From IMG/VR virus record IMGVR_UViG_3300045988_081277, positions 1-36,691 of that record: a DNA stretch of 36,691 bases, one strand, 5' to 3'. Made by a program: the position numbers and the translations under genes. The notes under the pieces are model-generated. The model was not told the origin of the DNA. It saw nothing but the letters and a program-made list of their open reading frames with translations, and made no database searches. The DNA is from a virus. The stretch's first letter is position 1. The number at the start of each line of letters is the position of its first letter. Of this stretch, positions 5,994-15,184 are shown one piece after another.

Positions 5994-7274
5994 ATGAGTG
6001 ATTTTTTATTTGAAAGGGGGTGGTTAAGGTTGGCGTTATCAGATATTCTTACAGCAAAGCAGCAATCTGTATTACAAAGTTATTTACACGATGATTGGCG
6101 TTTGATGATTTTAAACGGTGCTGTTCGGAGTGGGAAGACGTACATTGATAATTGGCTGTTTCTAATGGAACTTAGACGAGTATCAAAACTCGCTAAACAA
6201 CGTGGGATAAAAAATCCCTTGTATATCCTTGCTGGTTTCTCAAGTAATTCTATCTATACAAATGTTATTGCGTCTTTTTATGATCAATTTGGGATAGAAC
6301 TAAAGCCGGACCGCCACGGCCATTATCACTTTATGAATGTAGAAATCATTCCGAGCTACACAGGCACTGAGCGTGGTGTAAATAGTATCAGAGGTGCAAC
6401 GGTATTCGGTAGCTACATCAACGAATGCTCGTTAGCTACTCAGCCCGTGTTTCAAGAAATACTACAGCGTTGTTCAGTTGAAGGCTCAAGAATTATATGT
6501 GACACCAACCCTTGACCGGATAGCCCTAACCACTGGCTAAAGGTGAATTACATTGACAAGAAAGACGATCCCAAGGCTAGGATTAAAGTTTTTAATTTTA
6601 CGATTGATGACAATACGTTTCTTGATCCAGAATATGTAAAAGCTTTAAAGGCACAAACCCCTTCGGGAATGTTTACAGATAGGGCTATCTATGGTCTTTG
6701 GGTATCTGGGGAAGGACTAGTATATCGTGACTTTGATAAAGACAGAATGATGATTGATAAACTGCCGCCTAACCGCTCATATAAATATTATTGTGGGGTT
6801 GACTGGGGCTTTGCTGAAGGGCACGATACATCAATTACAGTGTGGGCCGACGATGAGCAAGGCAACACTTATTTAGTTGAAGAACATACCGCAAACCGCA
6901 AGTACATTGATTACTGGATTGAGGTAGCTAAAGGTATTCAGAAGAGATATGGATACAACATTACCTTTTGGGCTGATAGCGCCCGCGTTGATTATGTGTC
7001 TCAATTTGTCACTAATGGTATACAAGCTCGAAACGCAAGGAAGGATGTTTTGGCCGGGATTGAGTCAGTTGCAGAGCTGATGACTACTGGGCACTTCTAT
7101 GTGCTGAAGAGCGCACCTGATAAGTTCCTTGATGAAATTTATCAATATGTTTGGGATAGCGACAAAGGGGTGCCGATTAAGAAGAAGGATCACGTACTTG
7201 ACAGCACAAAATATGCGATATTTAACGAACATCTAAACAACGACGCTCAATTTATTAATTCAGTTTATATTTAG
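5994..7274 (+). CDS. terL: Terminase large subunit, interrupted by a single in-frame TGA at 6513..6515
   Basis: Walker A NGAVRSGKT is present. The two listed ORFs (5994..6515 and 6543..7274) share one frame, and the conserved DTNP[TGA]PDSPNHWLK motif runs straight across the stop. An alternative start is TTG 6030, after aaaggggg. Confidence 0.8.
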
Positions 7275-7285
7275 GAGGTGGTAGC

Positions 7286-8701
7286 GTGGCAGACAGTGTA
7301 AAGATTGCTGGCAGTGCTTATATATCCAAGGAAGGCTTGTATCTTTATCCAAATGAAGAACTAACAGGCGAAGACGTTTTAACGTTTATTAACTATAACA
7401 GAGGTATCACAACGTATGGAGAGAACTACCGTTACTATACAGGTGAACATTCTATTTTAAAGAAAAAGTTTGATCCTAACAGCTTTAGACCAGATAACAG
7501 AGTGATTAGCAACTGGGCTAACTATGTTGTGGATACGTACATCGGTTATTTTATGGGAACGCCGGTTAAGATACAATTAGAAGACGATAACAAGAATAAG
7601 CTGCTGCAGAATTGGTTGAAGGCTAACACGTTTACAGACAAATTATCAGAGGTAGCCAAGCAGGTGGCAATCTATGGTTCGTCTTATATGTTGGCGTATC
7701 AAGATGAAGATAGCAATACTTGCGTTGCGGTAGTGCCGCCAGATGAAGGCTTCATCATCTATGATACAAGCATCAAGCGTAAACCTATCGCGTTTGTTAG
7801 ATATGCTTATTTTAATTCTGAATTAGTCGGAGAAGTCTATACTGACAGCAAGATTTATAGTATTGGCAGAGATGGAGCACTTGAAGAAACAGGAAATATT
7901 GTGCCATTTAAAGAAGTTCCAGCGGTAGAGTTCTATGCGAACGAAGAACGTTTATCTTTAGTTGGCAAGATCAGAACCTTAGTTGACACGTACGATAATG
8001 CAATCTCACAAAAAGCTAACGAACTTGAATATTTTGATCAGTCTTTCCTTCTAATGCTGGGCATTAATTTACCTAAGGATCCTAAAACAGGCAAGCCAAT
8101 CCTTGATTTTAATGGTGGCAAGCGTGTGTTTAATGATCCATCGCCAGAAGCAGCCAATGCGAAGTTTGAATTCTTATCTAAACCGGACAGCGACAATATG
8201 CAAGAGAACATGCTTAATCGCTTGGTTAATGATATCTTCCAAACAGCAATGGTAGCCAACTTAAACGATGAAGCATTTAGTGGTAATTCTAGTGGTGTGG
8301 CTATTAGATATAAGCTGCTAAGTATGCAAAATCAAGCAGCGTTAGAAGAACGCAAATTCACGATAGCTTTGACTAATTTCTTAAGCAACATTGCAAGTCT
8401 AGGCAAGGTTACCGGCAGTGTTACTTCCGATGAAGTCAAGGCTGGATTATCGTTCACATTCAAGCGTAACATACCGGTAAACGATGCAGACGAGGCAAAT
8501 ACAGCTAAAACGCTTGAAGGTGTTGTATCTAAGGAAACTCAGCTTAAAGTGTTATCTATTGTCGATGATCCTAAGGCAGAAATCGAAAAGATTGATACAG
8601 AAAAGGAAAATCTCATCAAACAATCATTACAAAACTCGATCAATGCTACTGATATGTTCAAAGGCGGTGTAGATGATGAAGCCGAAGAACAAGCAGAATG
8701 A
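7286..8701 (+). CDS. Portal protein (SPP1 gp6-like)
   Basis: Supported by size, position and the N-terminal region YYTGEHSILKK...PDNRVISNWANYVVDTYIGYFMGTPV. GTG start after taggaggtgg. Confidence 0.85.
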   Translation: MADSVKIAGSAYISKEGLYLYPNEELTGEDVLTFINYNRGITTYGENYRYYTGEHSILKKKFDPNSFRPDNRVISNWANYVVDTYIGYFMGTPVKIQLEDDNKNKLLQNWLKANTFTDKLSEVAKQVAIYGSSYMLAYQDEDSNTCVAVVPPDEGFIIYDTSIKRKPIAFVRYAYFNSELVGEVYTDSKIYSIGRDGALEETGNIVPFKEVPAVEFYANEERLSLVGKIRTLVDTYDNAISQKANELEYFDQSFLLMLGINLPKDPKTGKPILDFNGGKRVFNDPSPEAANAKFEFLSKPDSDNMQENMLNRLVNDIFQTAMVANLNDEAFSGNSSGVAIRYKLLSMQNQAALEERKFTIALTNFLSNIASLGKVTGSVTSDEVKAGLSFTFKRNIPVNDADEANTAKTLEGVVSKETQLKVLSIVDDPKAEIEKIDTEKENLIKQSLQNSINATDMFKGGVDDEAEEQAE

Positions 8702-9695
8702 AGAGTACTGGAAAACCAGGGAGCAAACAGAAAAAAAGTGGATAGCTCAGAACCTGAAGAACGACAGGAAGTTTAATGATAAGCTTGCTGAGTATTACGA
8801 GAGAGCCGTTGACAATATTTGTGATAAAATTGATGTAGAATATCAAAAGATAGTCGAAGTGTATGGCGATGATATCAACGTTACGGGGGCTTACAAGGCA
8901 GTTAACAAGCTTGATATAGAAAGATACGAGCGCGAAGCAAAAGAGCTTGTAGCTAAAGCAAACAGGCTTAGAAGCCGAGACAAGAAAGTGTCGCATAAAG
9001 ACTTTACAGGCGAAGAAAATGCACGTATGAAAGTATATAATGCTACCATGCGGCTTAATCGGCTAGAGTATCTAAAATCACAAATAGGGCTCGCTATGGT
9101 CGATTTAGGTATGAATATAGATGATGAGATGCGAGAAAAAATCCAAGATGATTACATGGGCGAAGTCAAGCGACAGTCCGGTATCCTAGGCAAAGATTTA
9201 ACTAAGACGTCGTTATGGACTAGCAAGGAAATTGCAACGGTCGTGATGGCTCAAACAGGTAGTGTTAATTTTAGCCAACGCGTATGGGCTAATATAGACG
9301 CTTTAAAGGCTGAATTAGATGCAGTTATATCCACAGGTATTATACGCGGAGATAATCCGCGAGAGATGGCAAGGCTACTTAAAAAGCACGTTAAAACGAC
9401 AGTTGCTAACCACAGATATGTTGCCGAACGTATTGCACGTACTGAGAGCGCTAGAGTGCAGTTTGTGGCACAAAAGAACTCGCTGATTAAAGCAGACTAT
9501 AGATTTTGTAAATGGCATGCTGAGCCTGGTGCATGTAAGATTTGTAGTGATATTGCGAACAATGACGATGGTTGTGGCAAAGGCGTATATGAGATAGACG
9601 ATTGTCCAATTGTTCCAGCTCATCCATGTTGCAGATGCGGGATTAGTGCTTACTGGGTTGATGGCGAGAATAATTCGTACAAACACAGCAATTAA
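8673..9695 (+). CDS. Head morphogenesis / minor head protein (SPP1 gp7 / Mu F-like)
   Basis: It sits after the portal gene. The C-terminal RTESARV ... CKICSDIANN...PAHPCCRCGI motif is typical of this family. Confidence 0.8.
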   Translation: MMKPKNKQNEEYWKTREQTEKKWIAQNLKNDRKFNDKLAEYYERAVDNICDKIDVEYQKIVEVYGDDINVTGAYKAVNKLDIERYEREAKELVAKANRLRSRDKKVSHKDFTGEENARMKVYNATMRLNRLEYLKSQIGLAMVDLGMNIDDEMREKIQDDYMGEVKRQSGILGKDLTKTSLWTSKEIATVVMAQTGSVNFSQRVWANIDALKAELDAVISTGIIRGDNPREMARLLKKHVKTTVANHRYVAERIARTESARVQFVAQKNSLIKADYRFCKWHAEPGACKICSDIANNDDGCGKGVYEIDDCPIVPAHPCCRCGISAYWVDGENNSYKHSN

Positions 9696-9785
9696 CATTT
9701 TGACTTTTTCCATGCTTGCAGTCATTAAAGAACAACTTGAGTAAACCGCCTCCCAAGGCGTTAAATGCGAGCAGGAGGTCCAATT

Positions 9786-10394
9786 ATGGATACAGAAGAA
9801 ACAACACAAGTAACTGAAGCTCAAGACAATCAAGAAAACGTCGAAACGGTTGAAAAGGACGTCCAAGATAAGAAGCCGGTAGACGCTGACAAGATTGCCA
9901 AAAAGTTACAAAAGCGTATTAGCAAGGAGCAAGAAGGCAAGCACCAAGCTTTGAAAGAAGTAGAAGAGCTTAAAGCCAAACTTGCTAAATACGAAAACAA
10001 CGACAAGAGTATCAAGGAACTTTCAGATGAAGAGAAAGCTAAACAGGAAGAAGACGCCAAAGATAGACGTATCAAGGAACTCGAAGACCGTTTAGCACGT
10101 AATGAAGCTTTAAAACAAACTAAACAAGTGTTTGAAGAGTCAGATATCCAAGTTTCAGATGATGTTCTCGATATGGTTGTTGTGAATGATAACAAAAAGA
10201 CTGTCGCTAACGTTCAAGCGATTACTAATTTTATTGAGAAAATCAAGGAAGATACACGCAAGGAATTGTTAGCAGGCAAGACTCCACGAACAACAGGAGT
10301 CAAAACTAAAATGACAAAAGAACAAATTAGAAGCATCAAGGACACAGCAGAGCGTCAAAAAGCAATGCGCGATAACTGGGCCTTGTTCAATTAG
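9786..10394 (+). CDS. Scaffolding protein
   Basis: A highly charged coiled-coil protein directly upstream of the capsid gene. RBS gcaggaggtccaattATG. Confidence 0.7.
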   Translation: MDTEETTQVTEAQDNQENVETVEKDVQDKKPVDADKIAKKLQKRISKEQEGKHQALKEVEELKAKLAKYENNDKSIKELSDEEKAKQEEDAKDRRIKELEDRLARNEALKQTKQVFEESDIQVSDDVLDMVVVNDNKKTVANVQAITNFIEKIKEDTRKELLAGKTPRTTGVKTKMTKEQIRSIKDTAERQKAMRDNWALFN

Positions 10395-10408
10395 GAGGAA
10401 ACAAAATT

Positions 10409-11344
10409 ATGGCAGATCCAAAATTAATCAAAACACCTGATATGGGCGATGTACAAGCAAAAGACTTTGTAGAACGTTTTTCAGAAAGTATCACAAAATT
10501 AACTCAAGCATTGAGCACTACACGTCCACAAGCAATGACTCAAGGCAATACTATTCAAATGTATAAATTCACTACTGATATGGCCGAAACAACAACTGTG
10601 GCTGAAGGCGCAGATATCCCATTAAGTGGAGTTAAACGTGTGAAAGATCGTGCTTTCACTGTTGGCTTTGAAAAAGCGCGTAAGGCAGTAACCATTGAAG
10701 AAGTTCAACGTGTTGGTTATGATATGGCAGTGCTACAATCAGACAAGCGTATCTTAAAGGAAATCCAAAAGAATGTTCGTAAGAGTTTCTTTGATTTTCT
10801 TGCAACAGCACCAACAGATTTAAAAGCTCAAGGTGGCTTACAAAATGCAATCGCTCAATCAGTTGGTAAATTACAAGTATTGTTTGATGATGATGCAGTA
10901 GAAACAATCGTGTTTATCAACCCAATGGATGCAGCTAAGTATTTAGGTGCAGCAGATATCACAAACGGAGCAAGCGTTGGCTTTGGTTTAACATTGCTTA
11001 ACAACTTCTTAGGCGGCGTTACTTTAATCATGAACTCTAGTGTTCCAGAAAACACATTCTATGCAACTGTTAAAGATAACATTAACTTGATGTACTTAGA
11101 TACTAACGGTGAAAGCCGTAAGCTATTTGAAAACAAGTCTATTACAACAGACGAAACAGGTTTAATCGCCTTAGTTCGTGATGATAACACAACAAACTTG
11201 ACAAACCAAAGTACATTGTATTGGGGCATTAAGATCTTCCCAGAAGTTGCTAACGGCGTAATCAAAGGAACTTTTGCTGCACCAGCTACAGACGAAACAG
11301 GCAAAAATGATCCATCCACAGGTACAGAAGGCAAAGGCAAATAA
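10409..11344 (+). CDS. Major capsid protein
   Basis: Supported by position, size (311 aa) and a strong RBS (taggaggaaacaaaattATG). Confidence 0.8.
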   Translation: MADPKLIKTPDMGDVQAKDFVERFSESITKLTQALSTTRPQAMTQGNTIQMYKFTTDMAETTTVAEGADIPLSGVKRVKDRAFTVGFEKARKAVTIEEVQRVGYDMAVLQSDKRILKEIQKNVRKSFFDFLATAPTDLKAQGGLQNAIAQSVGKLQVLFDDDAVETIVFINPMDAAKYLGAADITNGASVGFGLTLLNNFLGGVTLIMNSSVPENTFYATVKDNINLMYLDTNGESRKLFENKSITTDETGLIALVRDDNTTNLTNQSTLYWGIKIFPEVANGVIKGTFAAPATDETGKNDPSTGTEGKGK

Positions 11345-11365
11345 GTGAAGAAAGGTTAATGACTT

Positions 11366-11722
11366 ATGGAACTATCAGACTTAAAAATCATGTTGGGGCT
11401 ATCAGATGAGAATAAGGAGTCTGATAGTCTTCTACAATTAATCATTAGAAATACAGAGTTGTCATTGCGATTTAAGCTAGGTTTAAGTGCTGATGAAGAT
11501 ATCCCTGGTGAATTATCGTATATACCTCTAGAAGTCGCTGTGCGTCGCTTTAACCGTGTTAAAAACGAAGGTATGACGTCTTATTCTCAAGAAGGCGAAT
11601 CTATCACGTTTAGCAACAATGATTTTGACGCCTTCGAAAGCGATATTGAGGAATACAAGCGCAGAAACAATTCAGATGGATTGTTATATACGATTGATCC
11701 TTACAGGAGGTATGACGTATGA
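11366..11722 (+). CDS. Head-tail connector (gp6-like DNA-packaging / connector protein)
   Basis: The LSDLKIMLGLSDENKESDSLLQLIIRNTE N-terminus is typical of the Phage_connect_1 family. Position also fits. Confidence 0.7.
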   Translation: MELSDLKIMLGLSDENKESDSLLQLIIRNTELSLRFKLGLSADEDIPGELSYIPLEVAVRRFNRVKNEGMTSYSQEGESITFSNNDFDAFESDIEEYKRRNNSDGLLYTIDPYRRYDV

Positions 11723-12024
11723 GATTTGATACTTTAGTCAGCTTCTATTCCGAGAGCCAAAAGCATTATGATCCTTCAACGCATGGATATGTTGGGGGAA
11801 TTGACTTACTCGGGAGCTGTATGGCTAACGTTACAGATATAGGAACTAACAGGGCTGTTCAATTATTTGGCAAGTTTGATGTTAACAGTCTAGTCATTAG
11901 AGTTTCGGAATTGCCTTATCAAAGTTGGGCGTTCGTTACTGTTGGAAACTCTGATACTAAATATCGGCTTCAGACCATGCGACAGACGCAGAAAATGACA
12001 ACTCTAATTGTTGGGGAGGGTTAG
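11719..12024 (+). CDS. Head closure / head-tail adaptor protein
   Basis: Assigned by synteny; the start overlaps the stop of the upstream gene (ATGA). Confidence 0.6.
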   Translation: MRFDTLVSFYSESQKHYDPSTHGYVGGIDLLGSCMANVTDIGTNRAVQLFGKFDVNSLVIRVSELPYQSWAFVTVGNSDTKYRLQTMRQTQKMTTLIVGEG

Positions 12025-12027
12025 GGT

Positions 12028-12273
12028 ATGGCACGAATTAAAATAACAGGTGTCAAGGAATTGAAAGCTGCTTTAGAAGGAAACGTTTCACGATTTCCGA
12101 ATGAAGTTGAGCAGATTGTGGCAAAACACGGTGCTAAATTGCAAGATCAAACTCAATCTAACATGGATAGAGCGTATACGGCTGGATATAGTACGGGAGC
12201 TACCAAGCGAAGCGTTACTCTAGAAAGAGGTAAATTCAGAGCTGAAGTGCAACCACATACTAGCTATTTTCCT
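12028..12273 (+). CDS. HK97 gp10-like head-tail joining protein, exon 1
   Basis: The ...RAEVQPHTSYFP sequence stops short of the conserved Y[LV]EYGTR box. In the unspliced reading, an in-frame stop follows 7 codons after the proposed 5' splice site. Confidence 0.7.
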
Positions 12274-13254
12274 TACAAAGATAGGGCTGTTGCATAGTAA
12301 TATGTAACTTAGCATCGACCAAAATCGGTGAAAAGCTTGGTTTAATAATTGTTTTACGAATATGGAACGTGATATAATTATAGTGAGGTGATTACTATGG
12401 ATATTATTGATGTTTCTAATCGTAAAGGCAACGGTTTTAATAATCTAACCGGAAAACGTTACGGAAGACTAATAGTTATTGGCTTGTCTCCTAAGAAAAG
12501 CGGGAGAAAATCATATTGGGCTTGCAAATGCGATTGTGGGAACACATTAGCTGTTAGAGGCGATATGTTAAAAAACGGTAACACACGTTCTTGTGGCTGC
12601 TTAAAGCGTGAACAAGATAAGATTAATCTTTCTAAATTTCACAAAGGTTACCACACGCCAAACCGATTGTATGACATATGGAATAACATTAAAGGCAGAT
12701 GCTTAAACCAAAACGACAAAAATTATTATCGTTATGGGGGTAGAGGCATAAAAATTTATCCGGATTGGATCCATGATTATAGCAAATTTAGAGATTGGGC
12801 TTTCAATAATGGATATAAAAAGCATCTAACTATCGACCGTATTGATAATAATGGGAATTATGAACCTAACAATTGCCGTTGGGCAACTATGAAAGAACAA
12901 GCTAACAACCGCAGAAGCAACATTAACGTTTTCTGGAATGGTGACACACACACGTTAGCGGAATGGTCCGAAATTTATTCGATTAATTACGGCACATTAC
13001 GAGACCGCTATTATCGCGGTGACGTTCCACCACGATTGTTCAGACCAGCCGAGCCAAGAGGACACCGAGGTAAACGCCAGAATTAAAGCGCTGGCGTCAC
13101 CGTAGAGCACAGGGGTTGAACCTGTGTTTTCATTTTACACAGAATAAAAGACCCCCACGAGTGGCCGACAACCATATATATGGTTGAAAATGTGTGCCGA
13201 ACTTGCAGGTGACTGTAAGAAGTAAAGGATAAAAAGCCTTTACGGTAACAGATG
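12274..13254 (+). mobile_element. Group-I-intron-like intervening sequence (981 nt) carrying a homing endonuclease ORF
   Basis: It splits a conserved gene. The only junction that restores ..SYFP|YLEYGTRYM.. has U as the last exon base (12273) and G as the last intron base (13254). Hairpins flank the ORF (for example 13108..13126). Confidence 0.6.
12397..13086 (+). CDS. HNH-type homing endonuclease (intron-encoded)
   Basis: It contains a CKCDCGN...CGC zinc-finger-like motif and LTIDRIDNNGNYEPNNCRWATMKEQANNR (HNH_3-like). ATG 12397 follows gtgagg. Confidence 0.75.
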   Translation: MDIIDVSNRKGNGFNNLTGKRYGRLIVIGLSPKKSGRKSYWACKCDCGNTLAVRGDMLKNGNTRSCGCLKREQDKINLSKFHKGYHTPNRLYDIWNNIKGRCLNQNDKNYYRYGGRGIKIYPDWIHDYSKFRDWAFNNGYKKHLTIDRIDNNGNYEPNNCRWATMKEQANNRRSNINVFWNGDTHTLAEWSEIYSINYGTLRDRYYRGDVPPRLFRPAEPRGHRGKRQN

Positions 13255-13362
13255 TATCTTGAGTATGGGACTCGTTATATGAGTAGGCGCCCTACATTAG
13301 GCCCAGCGTTTAGCAAAATAGAGCCACAGTTTAGAGCAGACATTACTAAGTTATTCAAGTAG
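13255..13362 (+). CDS. HK97 gp10-like head-tail joining protein, exon 2
   Basis: It translates to YLEYGTRYMSRRPTLGPAFSKIEPQFRADITKLFK*, the conserved C-terminus of this family. There is no convincing RBS of its own. Confidence 0.7.
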   Translation, partial: YLEYGTRYMSRRPTLGPAFSKIEPQFRADITKLFK

Positions 13363-13370
13363 GTGGAATT

Positions 13371-13763
13371 ATGACACCAGATCAATTAATTTTTGATTAT
13401 ATTTATCAATTATCATTAAATTCAGGTTATACGACATACGACCATTTGCCACTAGAGAGTGAAAATGCGCCTTATCCGTTCGTTTTAGTCGGGTCAGTAC
13501 AAACACTACCGGTTACGACTAAAAACGCAATACAAGGCCAAATAACGGCCAATGTGGACGTGTGGGGAGATGGAGAGAGTCGTTTTAAAGTTTCTCAAAT
13601 AATGAACGATATCTTTATTCAGTGCATGCAGCCGGTAAAGCTAGGCAACACGTTCGTTAGATTACGTATAGACCAGTATGATAATCAAATAATTCAAGAC
13701 ACAAGTGTCCCGAACACTGTGTTAAACCACGGTATGATGACGCTTGTATTCAATTTAAGCTAG
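13371..13763 (+). CDS. Tail completion / tail terminator protein (DUF3168-like)
   Basis: Assigned by synteny and the TTYDHLPLESENAPYPFVLVG motif. Confidence 0.65.
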   Translation: MTPDQLIFDYIYQLSLNSGYTTYDHLPLESENAPYPFVLVGSVQTLPVTTKNAIQGQITANVDVWGDGESRFKVSQIMNDIFIQCMQPVKLGNTFVRLRIDQYDNQIIQDTSVPNTVLNHGMMTLVFNLS

Positions 13764-13777
13764 GAGAGTGACAAAAC

Positions 13778-14365
13778 ATGGCAAGACCACAAATTTTACA
13801 AGGGATGGATACCTTGGCATACATTCGTTTGCTAAAGAATGCAGCGACAGAAGAAGGGCAATTAATTCCTTATCAAACATCTTTATCTTTTGATCCACAA
13901 CGTGATAGTGACACAACTCAAACAAAAGATGGTGCTGTTGGTACGTCTAGTTCCTTAGAAACTGAGATCGAAGTTGAATTTGTAAACAACATTTCTAAAG
14001 TTTCAGATGATTTATATGATGCTTTGATCAAGAATGAAAAGGTTGAAATTTGGATCGTAAACATCTCACGTAAGAATTCTGAAGGCAAAGTATTTTCTTG
14101 GTATGCTCAAGGGTCAGTAACAGAAGATAGCAGCGATAACGACCCAGATGATAATTCAACACGAGACGTAACGTTTAGTGTTGATGGAGAACCACAACGT
14201 GGCTGGTTAGAATTGCCAGCAAGCGCAAAGGAAGAATTGGCTTATGTATTTAGAGGCTTAGGCGTTGTTTCTAGCGCAGACGCAACAGGCAAAGGCACAG
14301 CATGGAAAGATGCAGACCGCGGAACAGGTTCAGCAACAGTAGCAGCACAAGCAAGCCATTCTTAA
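13778..14365 (+). CDS. Major tail protein (TP901-1/phi13-like)
   Basis: Supported by position, size and a strong RBS (taggagagtgacaaaacATG). Confidence 0.75.
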   Translation: MARPQILQGMDTLAYIRLLKNAATEEGQLIPYQTSLSFDPQRDSDTTQTKDGAVGTSSSLETEIEVEFVNNISKVSDDLYDALIKNEKVEIWIVNISRKNSEGKVFSWYAQGSVTEDSSDNDPDDNSTRDVTFSVDGEPQRGWLELPASAKEELAYVFRGLGVVSSADATGKGTAWKDADRGTGSATVAAQASHS

Positions 14366-14384
14366 TCTGGGAGGAAATCGCTAA

Positions 14385-14726
14385 ATGAAAATTAAAATTA
14401 ATAATACAGAATACGAACTAAATTTCGGTATTCGCTTTGTTCGTGAATTGGATAAGGTGGCAAGTGTTTCTAACAACGGCATCTCACTTGGCATGGCTTT
14501 AATGCGTACTTTACCAGCGTTACAAACATATGATCCAGTGGCGTTGTGTAACGTAATTTATGCATCGGCTTATGGCAATAAACCACGTCCAAGTATGAAA
14601 GATGTAGAACGATTTATCGATAAAGAAGTTTCATTTGAAGATTTAGAAAAGTATTTTGACGATATCCTTAAGGAAATCAACGAAAGCACAGCTACAAAAC
14701 TTGTAGCAAAAAACCTACAAGCCTAG
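14385..14726 (+). CDS. Tail assembly chaperone (gpG-like)
   Basis: It lies immediately upstream of the tape measure gene and ends just after a slippery heptamer. Confidence 0.75.
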   Translation: MKIKINNTEYELNFGIRFVRELDKVASVSNNGISLGMALMRTLPALQTYDPVALCNVIYASAYGNKPRPSMKDVERFIDKEVSFEDLEKYFDDILKEINESTATKLVAKNLQA

Positions 14727-15184
14727 ATACTGAAGAAACGGGACTATCAAGCGAGCAAATGTATCACGAGATAGTCCTTAATTCTTTGGCATATCTAGGT
14801 TTAGAGAATATGCAAGAGATTGAGAAAATGACGTTTGACGAGTATCTGATACGTTTAGAGGCGTTTCAACTCAGAACGATTAAACGTAATGAGGAACTAG
14901 CTTATCAAGCATGGCTTAATCAACAAGTGCAAGCTACAACAGGCAGTGCTAAGAACCCTAAGCCTAAGTTTAAAAGGTTTGATCAATTCTTTGATGCTAA
15001 CAAAATGGTCGATGAAGTCAGAGGAAACTTTGAGCCTGATTACAAGGCCACAAGTAAGCAAAACACACTACAAACCAACGAGAATTTGTTTGTAGAACGT
15101 CTCAAAGAGTTTAGAAAGCTCAAGAAGCAAGGAAAGATTATTCCTTGGAACATGAGAACTAAAAAGGAAAGGGGGGAGTTCTAA
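14385..15184 (+). CDS. Tail assembly chaperone frameshift fusion (gpGT-like; -1 shift at 14714)
   Basis: The downstream ORF (listed as 14759..15184) is in the -1 frame relative to 14385..14726. There is no stop between the slippery site and its listed start. Confidence 0.7.
14708..14714 (+). promoter_or_regulatory. Programmed -1 ribosomal frameshift slippery site A_AAA_AAC
   Basis: The zero-frame codons are gcA AAA AAC. The -1 frame is open from here through 15184. Confidence 0.75.

Noticed and set aside
9375-9866. 163-aa minus-strand ORF. The same judgement applies to the other listed minus-strand ORFs: 1649..1888, 8658..8996, 9830..10195, 11059..11340, 23246..23931, 24360..24689, 24959..25222, 28461..28727, 30141..30416, 31477..31704 and 35806..36060.
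   Set aside because: All lie antisense to well-supported + strand genes or across promoter/terminator regions. They lack SD sequences and have low-complexity, hydrophobic compositions typical of shadow ORFs.
13252-13362. Independent translation of the gp10-like C-terminal fragment from the in-frame ATG at 13252.
   Set aside because: No SD precedes it (ctttacggtaacagATG). The ATG's G is the proposed terminal intron G. Splicing is the more economical explanation, but this remains the alternative noted in the intron finding.
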